A stretch of 64,000 nt of DNA, taken from the NCBI GenBank assembly GCA_004431415.1, contig QPMI01000179.1:1-64000 (forward strand). The letters run 5' to 3'. The notes under the pieces were generated by a model that saw nothing but the letters and a program-made list of their open reading frames with translations, was not told the origin of the DNA and did not search any database. Position numbers and translations under genes: made by a program. The number at the start of each line of letters is the position of its first letter. The stretch's first letter is position 1. Below, piece after piece: positions 10,375 through 20,902 of this stretch. Origin of the DNA: Cyanophora paradoxa CCMP329. Its lineage: Eukaryota; Plantae; Glaucophyta.

Positions 10375-13300
10375 ATCGGATGAAATCTTAATCGGTACTC
10401 CGTGCAACGGGATCCAGTGATCAAATAGAGCTCGAATAACATAATGCGCAGACTTTGTTCGAGCTGCGACTGCATGACTCCATCGAGTGAAAACATCCGT
10501 GATCGTTATCAAATATTGATTCCCAGATGATGTCCTCGGAAGCGGACCAACAATATCAATTTCAATATGCTTCATAGGTCCGTCGGCATGGATCTCAAAT
10601 TGCGGAACTTGTTGTGTCCTCTTCGATAACTTAATGCGCTGACAATCGGCGCACCGAGAAACCAACGAAGCAACATCGGCGTACATATTCCGCCAGTAAT
10701 AACGCCGCTTTAAGTGATCGTACATTTTTCCAATACCGGGGTGTCCAAGAGAACGATGAACTGAGAAAAGAACTGTTTCGCGTAACTGATCCGGTACGCA
10801 AATGCGAATAAGTCCATCCACATCGCGCTGATGTACGAGTACTCCATCGCGAAGAACAAACTTATTTGTTTTCAAAAGGCGCTCGGCCTCCTTGTTGGGT
10901 CCAAGGGGCTCGACAGTGACGTCGGCCTCCAAATATTTGATCATGTCCGAAAAAGTAACATCTTTTAATTGCTCAAGTCTAATCTGAGCCGGTGATAAAC
11001 TCAATTGAATTTCTACTGCATCCAGAAATGCGGAAAAGATGGGCGAAGTCACCTCCATCGCCTCTAAAGCATTTACCGCCGTCCGCACAAGTCTGGAGAG
11101 CGCATCGGCATCGGCATTCGACTTGCCGGGCTTGTACTGAATTTCAAAATTGAACGGTTGCATATCCAAAACCCAGCGAGTGATCCGAGCACTCGGCAAA
11201 TTCTTTGCCGCCTTGAAATACTGGAGAGCAGAGTGGTCTGACTAAATAATAAATTTCTGTCCACGCAAATAATGAGAAAACTTTTTAGTCACTGCCCACC
11301 AAATCGCATACAACTCCTGTTCAGTGACCGTCCACTTCTGCTGCTCCTCAGTGAGAGGTTCAGCCGCATACTCAATAACAACTTCCTTATTCCACTTCTT
11401 CTCCGCTGATGTAAATTTGTGAGAAGCAAATTGCACGAACTTTTCATTCCCAGATGAGTCCACCTGAGAGAGAACTGCCCCCACTCCAACTTTTGAGGCG
11501 TCAGTCTTTAAAATGAAAGGCTTGCTGAAATCAGGGAGTGCCAGAATAGGCGCTGAACACAAAATCTCCTTCAATTTTCGAAATGCAAGGTCCTCCTTGG
11601 GACCCCAATAAAAATGTGTGCCTTTAGAGCACAAGTCATGCAAAGGTGCCGCAATCAAGGCACAACTCATGATAAAAATTCTATAATATCCTACCATACC
11701 TAAGAAAGTACGAACTTCTGATACAGATCGTGGAGTCGGGAATTTCCGAACTGCCTCCACTTTAGCCTCAGAGGGCTTGATTCCTTTTCTAGTAACTGTA
11801 AATCCTAAATATTCCAATTCAGCCTTGAAGAACTTCGATTTCTTGGGCTTGAAGAACAAATTAGCCCTCCTCATAGCATCGAAGACCCACTGAAGATCAG
11901 CAAGGTGCTGTTTCAGGGATTTTGAAAAGACACAAATGTCATCAAGGTAAACCAGAATGAAAATATATAGATAAGTTCCAAATACACTATCCATCATAGT
12001 CTGAAAAGTGGCCGGCGCGGTCTTGAGCCCTTGAGGCATAACATTCCACTGAAACAATCCAATGGGAGTCCTGAAGGCGGTCTTCTCCTTGTCCTCCTCC
12101 TTCATTTCAACTCCCCAATAACCGTCAGGCGCATCCATGGCTGAAATATATATAGAACCTGTTAAAGCTTCCAAAGCATCATCGATTCTAGGAAGGGGAT
12201 AAGCGTCATCCATAGTAACGGAATTTAACTTCCGATAATCAATGCAAAACCGCAAAGTTCCATCCTTCTTGCGCACCAATACCACTGGGGCGGCCCAGGG
12301 CGAGCGAGAGGGACGAATTAAATTGCGACTCAACAATTTCTTGGTCTCATTGACGATTAAATCCCGCTCCTGTTGAGAGTGTCTGCGAGGAGGCTCAGCA
12401 ATAGGACGAGCATCACCAGTGTTGATAGCATGCTTGACAGGCAGATGAGGCCCATCAGGATCATAAGGCAGTAACTCAGCCTTAGCTCGATCCAGATTCC
12501 CAGCAAGGAAATCCAGCATAACTGCACGTTCGTCAGCCTTGTCCTCAGGGCTGCCGACGTCAACACTTTTAAGAAAGTCAAAAACATTTTGTCCAAATTG
12601 CTGGCGAATCTCCTCATGAATAAGTTCGGAAGCATTTTCTATGGGAACTGCATGTAAATTCGAAAACTGCTTCAATCTATCATCAAGGGGATAGGTGCAC
12701 TCGGGGAGTCCATAAGAAAACTCAGACTTTTTAGAATCCAAATTCGCATCCAAACTCGAAGATTGAGGTCTAGCTTCTGGACTAGCTTCTTTCTTCGACT
12801 TGACAGTTGTGAATTAATCTTGGCATCCATAGAGCCGACTTGGATTGAGTCTGCGCAGGCGTACTCAGAGGCGTATGTTGTGCACGAAGGGGGAACTTCT
12901 TTTGGTTCCACTTCCTTCACATACTCTCCTTTCCCCTCCTGATCATAACTCAATTTAATTCCAAGGTCGTGCAATTCAGCGTCGAAACGAAATTCAGGAA
13001 TAAATGTGGCAAGTCTCACGCCTTTTCGCAGAAGGACTGGCTTCTCATCAAAGCGATTGCTCAAATTCGAAACCAATCCACCAACTCTACCTCCGCGACA
13101 CTTCGTCGGTCCGGCCGCTAAGCGGACCTCCGGATTGTCGTCCCATGTGAAAAACTCTTTGAGAAAACCATCGCAGTCCGGCACATAATGATTGCCACGG
13201 ACTTTAAACTCTACAAACCGCTGAACTCCAGGCTCAATTTTAGCATCCTTGGCAACTTCCAAAACAAATCCATAATCCTCAACAACTCTGCGACTGCTGG

Positions 13301-13826
13301 AATTAGGTGAGGGAATATTGTCTTGAGCATCTTGCGAAGATGATGGCTGCTCTGATGCGCCGCCCAGCACAGGAAGAACCTTGCACTGAACTGGCTTGTC
13401 CGGAAATCGGGCGAAACTCAAAGTCCGATCTGTAGGTCCAACATTCGCATAAGTGACTCCATTCTCGGAAAAGAAATCCTGGCCTAGAATGCCATCGAGC
13501 ACATAACCAGGAAAATCCACAACAAGAAATGGAAAACTCTTGGTGAGCGGCCCAATTGAGGCCGAGAGATTGATCTCACCAGGTACAGTCACTAGTGTCG
13601 AATTCGGCAACTTAACAGATGGAGTGAAACGGTTGCGAAACACTTTATGATGAAGTCCAAGTTGGGAAACAGTTTTTGAGAGGATAATAGAAACATCTGC
13701 CCTGCTGTCCAATAAGAAAGAGTAGGGTTTGCCTTGGATGATGACTTCTACAATCGATCTCCCTGGAGCCTGCCCGAACCGCCGCTCAGCTGGAGCATTA
13801 TTGTGGGAGTCCAAGGAACAAATTTG
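10375..13826 (-). mobile_element. pol: Ty3/gypsy pol (lineage A): PR, dUTPase-like domain, RT, RNase H, IN; disrupted and truncated
   Basis: LLDSRAD protease motif (G>R), SPWAAPVVLVRKKDG...CIDYRKLN, YLDD, TDAS, HHCC zinc finger, IDIVGP. Frameshift near 12700, in-frame TAG at 11242-11244, integrase broken at KISSD by SatA. Confidence 0.96.
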
Positions 13827-13828
13827 CA

Positions 13829-13983
13829 ATGAGGCGCGGCACCATCGGCCGCATGCAGCGTGAGCTCGCAGAGGACGACTCGGTCAGCCTCGCCTCCCAC
13901 GCCAGCCACCACACCAACCTCTTCGAGCGCGATGCGGGCGCCAGCAGCAGCTCCTCCAGCGGCCGCCGCCGCCAGCGCTCCCG
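13829..13983 (+). other. Captured GC3-rich exon-like fragment of unknown origin
   Basis: Open frame MRRGTIGRMQRELAEDDSVSLASHASHHTNLFERDAG... with strong C/G third-position bias, unlike its flanks. Confidence 0.35.
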
Positions 13984-14933
13984 AACCTGATAGAGTGTTC
14001 TGGAACACTCCAGCAATCCCTGCACACTGTTTTGTGTGGATGGGGACCCCTGTGAGATTCCAGGGGCGCTAAGGGGAGCACTGAACCCAAACAAGAGATC
14101 AGCAAAGAGACACCCCTCCTCGTCATGCACACCTTACAGAGTGCTTCAGACCACCCGAGGGCTCCCTGCACACTTTTTTGTGTGGGTGGGGACCCCTGGG
14201 AGATTTTGGAGGGGCAACAGGGGGAGCACTGACCCCAAACAAGAACACCAAAAAGAGACACCCATTCACATCATCCAAACCTGATAGAGTGTTCTGGAAC
14301 ACTCCAGCAATCCCTGCACACTGGTTTGTGTGGGTGGGGACCCCTGTGAGATTCCAGGGGGCGATTGGGGGAGCACTGAGCCCAAACAAAAGATCAGCAA
14401 AGAGACACCCCTCCTCGTCATGCACACCTTACAGAGTGCTTCAGACCACCCAAGGGCTCCCTGCACACTGTTTTGTGTGGGTGGGGACCCCTGTGAGATT
14501 TTGCATGGGCAACTGGGGGGAGCGCTGACCCCAAAACAAGAAACTAGAAATACAACACCCATTCTCCTCATGTGAACCTGACAGAGTGCTCTGGAACACC
14601 CCAGGGCTCCCTGCCCACTGTTTTGTTTGAACGGGACCCCTGTGAGATTTTGGGGACAACAGGGGGAGCGCTGACCCCAAACAAGAAACTAGAAAACCCG
14701 ACACCCATATCCCTCATGCAAAACGGACAGAGTACTCTGGAATCCCCCAGGGCTTCCTACCCACTGCTTTGTGCAGACAGGGACCCCTGTAAAATTTTGG
14801 GGGCAACAGGGGGAGCACTGACCCCAAACAAGAACACCAAAAAGAGACACCCATTCACATCATCCAAACCTGATATATATATATATGACTGTTCAGGAAC
14901 ACTACAGCATTCTCTGCACACTGTTTTGTGTGG
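13984..14933 (-). repeat. SatB array, ~6 monomers
   Basis: The unit acctgacagagtgctctggaacacccc...gaccccaaacaag recurs every ~147 bp; (TA)n expansion at ~14873. Confidence 0.95.
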
Positions 14934-14939
14934 AGTATT

Positions 14940-15068
14940 TGATGGGTGAGAAATTGAAGAGTTTTGGACTGAAAGTAGATGAAAAGATTGATGATTTGCG
15001 CTCTGAAATAAAGTGCACAAATAATGCAGTTCTTGATCAGTTGGATCAGATTAAGGAAACTGAGCCAC
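14940..15068 (+). pseudogene. gag: Gag coiled-coil fragment (lineage A)
   Basis: MGEKLKSFGLKVDEKIDDLRSEIKCTNN resembles KVNRLDRKIDDRLDELRADLRDNN in the 26080 gag. Confidence 0.4.
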
Positions 15069-15252
15069 AAGGGGGCTAGGGGCTAGATCGGGGCTAGGGG
15101 CAGGTTGAGCGATGTGTTCACAGTGCTCATAAGAGGCTAGGGAATGGTCATACGCACGAGCAGCGTCTGAAAGATTAGCGTAGAATGAAGAATGAGAGGG
15201 GTCAGCAGTAGAGATGAAACGGAAATACCCACGGACATAGGACCGCCTACTG

Positions 15253-15788
15253 GGTCTACTTCCCCGACGAACGCATCGGCAGGCGAGCAACGGACGTCAA
15301 GCAGGTCACGATGCCCCACGGCAGGATTGTGCACGCGATCACGATCGAGCCAATGCTCCGCAAAGCAGGTGAAACCACCCCCATGCATGCCGCGCACATT
15401 CCAGTGATGCAGACTCTGAAATATTTCCCCAGATCTCGACGAGAACAGCTTCAAGAAGCAGACATCCGTGCACGCAAACAACGAGCGCAAGGGCCCGCCC
15501 TTCAGGCTTGCGTTCGCCTCAACGGTCTACAAGGCGCAGGGACACACGCTCCTGCGCGCAATCGGCGACCTGAAGGGCATGATCGCCAGCTACAACCACC
15601 GGCGCCAGCTCTACGTGATGCTCAGCCGCGTCAAGAAGGGCGACTACATCCTCCTCGCCCACCTTGCATCGCTCAAGCCGGTCAAGCTTTGGGACATCCT
15701 GGTCAAGATAGATTGGGACATGCAGGCCGAGCTCGTCCACGAGAAGAAGGAGACCGACTACTACGCAGAGCTCCGGACCTCCGACTGA
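15253..15788 (+). pseudogene. PIF1/Helitron-type SF1B helicase C-terminus, 5'-truncated, one intron (15369-15432)
   Basis: Splicing the 64-nt GTGAAA...CCCCAG intron gives VYFPDERIG...PFRLAFASTVYKAQGHTLLRAIGDL...QLYVMLSRVK, matching PIF1 motifs V (LA.A.T.HK.QG.TL) and VI (Q.YV.LSR). Confidence 0.85.
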
Positions 15789-15811
15789 TAGCCCCCCGCT
15801 ACTACTAGTGC

Positions 15812-15894
15812 TGTTAAAGTGTAGGGGGTTGTTAATCTTGGGTTCTAATAATACAAAAACAAAGTCTACCACTGCATAAGCCCTTGCGCTTGCA
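15812..15894 (+). mobile_element. Candidate 5' LTR (TG...CA, 83 bp) of a lineage-B gypsy
   Basis: Starts tgttaaagtgtaggggg and ends ttgca, 2 nt before a PBS. No second copy to confirm the left edge. Confidence 0.5.
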
Positions 15895-15896
15895 GT

Positions 15897-15908
15897 TGGT
15901 AGCATCGG
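15897..15908 (+). promoter_or_regulatory. Primer binding site, tRNA-iMet type
   Basis: tggtagcatcgg; the same or a near-identical motif occurs at 20767-20779 and 48355-48367. Confidence 0.75.
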
Positions 15909-16077
15909 TGTTAAAAACCGATCCTATCTTTTAAGAAATAATAACTCAATCATTGCGTCCGATTCCAAATCCCAAGCTGTACTGTGGCATAGGACTGGAA
16001 ACCGTCTCATCAGGACGGATCCCATCGTTGAAATTGAACAAGAAGAGGCCGACGAAGGCGCCGATATTCTAGAGCAG

Positions 16078-16930
16078 ATGGCGGCTGCTGCTGCTCAAAG
16101 GCTGGATATTATTCATCGTTTGAACACTGGGAGCCAGAAAAAGTATGATGGCATAGATGCCTCACACACCTTCGATAATTTTGTCGCTGATATCAACGTT
16201 GTTTTCAATTATGACCTTGCGTGGACCAATGCTGAAAAGTTCCAAATTATTCAGGCTCATACTTCTGGACCCGTTAAATTGTTCGTCGAGGGCAAAAGGC
16301 CAAATGGCGCAATTCCAGATAATTTTATTGCGACACTTTTGCGCGAAATAAAGGCGCAGTTTGATTTTAGTGAATTTGATTACCGCAAGGAACTTGAGAC
16401 TTACAATCCACGAAATGCGCTCACTAATGAATTCGATGTGCGAGTCTTCCTGGCTCGGGCTGCCCTGACGGCTCCTAAGGCTTGGCCCCATGAATCTGAC
16501 AGCAACAAAGTGTCCAAAGTTAATGGAATTTTGGTTGAGCGTGGGTGCACGTACTTTGGTTTTTACATCTGGAATGGTGATATTAAGACAGTCGATGATT
16601 TTCTTAAATGTCGGGAGAAAGCAGAGAATGCGAAAAGTGTTCCGTTGGTGTTTAGCCAATCAAATGTGCAACAGGTGGGAGTGTCAGCTGTTGGAAATGC
16701 TATGTCAACTTCAGCTGCGAATGCAACAAATCGGCTGGGAAATGTTGGAAATGTAGGAATTAACATTGGAAATGTGCCTTCTGGATCTGCTGGGTCACGG
16801 CCTGGATGCCCACATTGTGGACGGTTTCTGGATTTGTTCTCCTGGCACGATCCGGATCAGTGTCAAAATAGACCTGGGGCGCCACCTCGGACACCTTATT
16901 ATGGATCTCGTGGTTATTCTGGACCCAATC
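16078..16930 (+). mobile_element. gag: Gypsy gag (lineage B) with variant zinc knuckle
   Basis: AEKFQIIQAHTSG aligns with GEKFSILLVATQG and SEKFTILFLSSTG in the other lineage-B gags; CPHCGRFLDLFSWHDPDQC knuckle. Confidence 0.8.
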
Positions 16931-18790
16931 GATTACTCTCCAAGAGACCGGGAGTTGTTCAAGAAGACGATTTTGGACCTTTTGGCCCGGAATTTAGCTG
17001 TACATTCCCACAGTTCTTGGTCGTCTCCTGCATTCTTTGTCAGTAAACATGACACTTCAGCAATGCGACTTGTTGTGGACTACAGGAACTTAAATGCCGC
17101 AACTAAGAAAAATGTTTATCCACTCCCAAGCATTCAGGATATGCTGGATGCTTTACAAGGGAGTAAATTCTTTTCTAACATGGATTTAGTTAGTGGATTT
17201 TGGCAAGTACGAATGAAAAAGTCTGATCGTGAGAAAACTGCTTTCAAGACACCCTTTGGACTGTTTGAGATGAATGTTATGCCAATGGGGCTCACAAACG
17301 CTCCTCCCACATTCCAGGCTATCATGGAAAACATCTTCAACGATTATCTGTGGATGTTTGTGCTGGTCTTTATTGATGATCTTATCACGTATTCAAAGAC
17401 TTTTGAGGATCATTGTCGGGATTTGCAACTTACTTTCAATCGTTTGCGTGAAAACAATGCCAAACTGAAACCTAATAAATGTCATTTCTTTAAAGCAGAA
17501 CTCAAATTTCTTGGTCATATTGCCGATCGAATTGGTCGGCGTCCTGATCCTGCTAAACTGGAGGCAATTGAAAAAGTTCCTTTGCCCACCAATGCAACAG
17601 AGTTGAGGTCGTTTTTGGGATCTTGCAATTATTACAGAGATAATGTCAACAAATTTTCTATCATAACTTCTGATCTCTACAACCTGACACAGAAGGATGC
17701 CCCTTTTATTTGGACATCCAATCACACAGAAGCATTCAACTTGTTGAAATCTGAGTTAATCAAGGCTACTGTTTTACATTATCCGAATTTCAACAAACCC
17801 TTTGTTATTGAAACTGATGCCTGCGAAAAAGGAGCTTCCGGAATATTGTCACAAGAAGATGATGGAATTTTGAAACCAGTCTGTTTCTATAGTCGAAAGT
17901 GGAGAGGGTCTGAGAAGCAGATGCCCCCATCTGAAGGTGAATGTGCTGCCTTGGTTGATTGTCTTACTCAATGGAGCCATTATTTACTTGGGGCTCCTAT
18001 GTCCACAGTCTTCACAGACTGTGAAGCACTGGAATGGCTTCTTAGTAGAAAGCTCGGGAAAGGAAAGCTTGCCCGATGGGCAGCTCTTATACAACAGTAT
18101 GATATTGATATCAAACATAGAAAGGGTTCCATGAATCGTGCTGATGGTTTCTCACGAGTTCCAGTGGAACCATCATCACATGTTTATGCTGAAGACAAGT
18201 ACGAAATATTGAACTTAGAAATCTCGCTATCTGACAATTATAAAGCTCTTTATCACGAACAACGTTAAGACACAGAATTGGCTGCTATAATTTCAATACT
18301 GGAAGGTGGGGGGAGACCTTGAATGAGAAGCTGAAGCGCGCTATTAAGTTCTATAGCCTAAACAAACATGGTATCCTTGAATTTTCGCCTCCGACGCTTA
18401 GACCAAGACCTGTTATTCCCACTTCTTTCCAGCATGACTTGATTAAGGATGCTCATGATAACCCATTGGCTGGCCACCGTGGTGCAGAAAAGATCTTACA
18501 CAATTTGAAGAAGAAGTACTACTGGGCCTCCATGAACATTGACGTCAAGAAGTATGTTGAGCAATGCCAGAAGTGTCAGTTTCGCAAGCCGTTGACGGGA
18601 CGTTCTCAAGCTCCTCAACAGACTGTGCCTGCAACACGGCCTTTTGAAGTGATTGAGTTGGATTTTATTGGACCACTCCCTACTACATCTCGTGGAAATC
18701 GGTTTGTCTGTACAGCAGTTTGTGTTTATTCTGGATATCCAGAAGCCAAGGCTTACCCAACTATGTCGGCAAAGGCAGCTGCAAATCTAT
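16930..18790 (+). mobile_element. pol: Gypsy RT-RNase H-IN, protease missing, integrase truncated
   Basis: SSWSSPAFFV, VDYRNLN, FIDD, ETDAC, HDNPLAGH...CQKC, LDFIGPLP. TAA at 18266-18268 plus a frameshift near the G run at ~18310. Confidence 0.95.
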
Positions 18791-20664
18791 TGCAGTGGTC
18801 TAGACTTGATAGGTTGATGGTCCCCTGTATCAATACTGTGTTCACCAGGCAAACACTTATCCTCATCAAAAATAAACTTCTCAACAAACAAATCACAATT
18901 GTTTCGAAAGAGGTCTTCCATTGTGGCTTTTTGGTGCTCTGTTGCACCTGGAAAACCAAAATCTAATAATTGCTTGATACTATCAAAATAACCTTTATCA
19001 AAAGCAGGATCAATGGATGATTTGACACAATCTTTTTCAATTTGAGCAGACAGAGAGAGGATCTCATAGTTATCCTCTGTAACCCATGAAGCAATTACCT
19101 GACCTTTCGGCAGAGAAACATCATGATCACTAGTGTTGAAAATCACAGCCCAGACTTTGCCATCGCAGACCACATTCCTTCCATTAATTCCATACAGTTC
19201 TTTATCATGCAAATCGGAAGAATCGAATATAATACAACCACTTCCACAAATGGTTGGATTCGAGAGCTGAATGTTAACTCCAGTATTAGCCAGAATAGTT
19301 GTGGTTTCAGAGACTGCAAGACGAGTACAACTTTCTTGCAAGGAGAGTGGAACAGCCAATTCAGGATGCTTGGTTGATGAGACTAATCCAGTGGAATGAG
19401 AAATATCTATGGAATTTTTCACACAGTAATCACGGCCAAGTATCACATCATGAGACATATTATCAAGAACGAAGAGTTTTTCCTTTGTTTGAAGAGGCCC
19501 AAGGGAAACATCTACAACTACAGCCTTTGATGGAGTAATGAAATCTTTAGAAAAGCCCGCCAATTTGGGGACATCATGAAAAATGTGGTCACTTAAAACA
19601 TCTTGGACTAAACTGGACTTTGTGAGAGAAACATCTGCACCAGTGTCTAGCATTGCCCTGGTTGGTACCCCATTCACGCAAACAGGCACAGTTCCCAGGC
19701 GTGGGGCACCAGCAGATTTAAGTCCTAGGAGGACCTGCTTTGAGTATGTTATTTTAGGTTGTGCAGGCGGATACTGAGTGCTGTTTGTATTTGCACACAC
19801 AGGAGAATCAGCTTCAACAAGCTCCCCCTCATGAACAGAATCTTTAAAAATCAACTGAACTCTTTTGGGAAGAGGATTTTTTAAATTTTCACGAAGTTCA
19901 GGGTACTTGTCCCAACAGAACGGCTCGGTATGACCTCTCTGTTTACAGTGAGAACACACTCGTGGTCGCGAGGAAGAAGCTGAATTAGAAGCTGGATTTG
20001 GTTTCACTGGAGGAACCCTCTCCAAGGTTCTAGAATTATTTCCGCCTATTGATGCTGATCCAGTCATTCGAAAAAAAGGAGGATCGATCTCGCATAGCCT
20101 TTCTGCATCGCTAACCTTTTGTCTGAAGTCAGCAAGCGTGGCAATTCCGAGATGATTGAAATACTTGTAATGGGTGGAAGTCAACTGCTTCAAGATACTC
20201 TCAACATGATTGCATTCCAGTTTACCCGGTTGGGCGAATTTCACAATTTTAATAGACTTGTCTAAGTACCCATTGATGTTGCATGACTTGTAATTCTGGG
20301 ACCAAGGAGTCAAGCTGTTGAAAATTTCTCTAGCCTCGGTTTTTGGAGGGTTGAAACGTTCCTTCAGTCTTGCAAAAATAGTATCGACAAAATTAGCCGG
20401 AATAGGATTGGGAAAATCAATCTGACAAAGAAACTCATAAGCTGCCCCTTGGGTAGCCACGAGCAAAATACTGAATTTTTCACCCTCTGTCAGGTCGGGT
20501 GCTTCGCGAAAAACTACATTGTATAATTTCATTCGTAGCTCATCTACACTAACAAGATTGTCAGCACCAAAAAAGTCACCAGTGAATTTGTAGTTTTCAA
20601 CTTCTTTTTTGAGCATGCCAATAAACTTCCTTCTGTTCATCATTTGCACAAAGTCGTCGCCCAT
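18790..20664 (-). mobile_element. gag: Gypsy gag-PR-dUTPase-like domain in a single ORF, truncated at the RT start (lineage B)
   Basis: CSHCKQRGHTEPFC knuckle, MLDTGAD, ILGRD, NTSDHDVSLPKGQVIA, HSIDTGDHQPI. Confidence 0.93.
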
Positions 20665-20766
20665 GTTGGCGATTTCGTCAATTAGTATTTCAATATCTTC
20701 CTCAATATCCAGGTCACCCGGCACCCCCACAATGCGGCCACTGCGCAGTCTCACTTTGAAAAACCT

Positions 20767-20779
20767 CCCGATGCTACCA
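20767..20779 (-). promoter_or_regulatory. PBS, tRNA-iMet type
   Basis: Minus strand tggtagcatcggg, 3 nt after the LTR-terminal CA. Confidence 0.75.
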
Positions 20780-20782
20780 CTT

Positions 20783-20902
20783 TGCAAGGGAATACGACCC
20801 TTGCAAGTGGTAGTGCAATTTACAACAAAAACACAGCACAAAAACAAGGACCCAACACCGTCTGCCCCCTCCTGGGGGCGACCTTACCCTACCAACCTAT
20901 CA
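20783..20902 (-). mobile_element. 5' LTR (~120 bp, TGATAGG...TGCA)
   Basis: Starts TGATAGG like the LTR at 48494 and ends CA next to the PBS. Confidence 0.6.

Noticed and set aside
11242-11244. Programmed readthrough at the TAG in RNase H
   Set aside because: The paralogue has Lys here (KFFIKSYHSAL), so this is a nonsense mutation.
15070-15250. Telomere-like (GGGGCTA)n and an AP2-like DAARAYD peptide
   Set aside because: Only about three imperfect repeats, and no other AP2 residues are recognisable.
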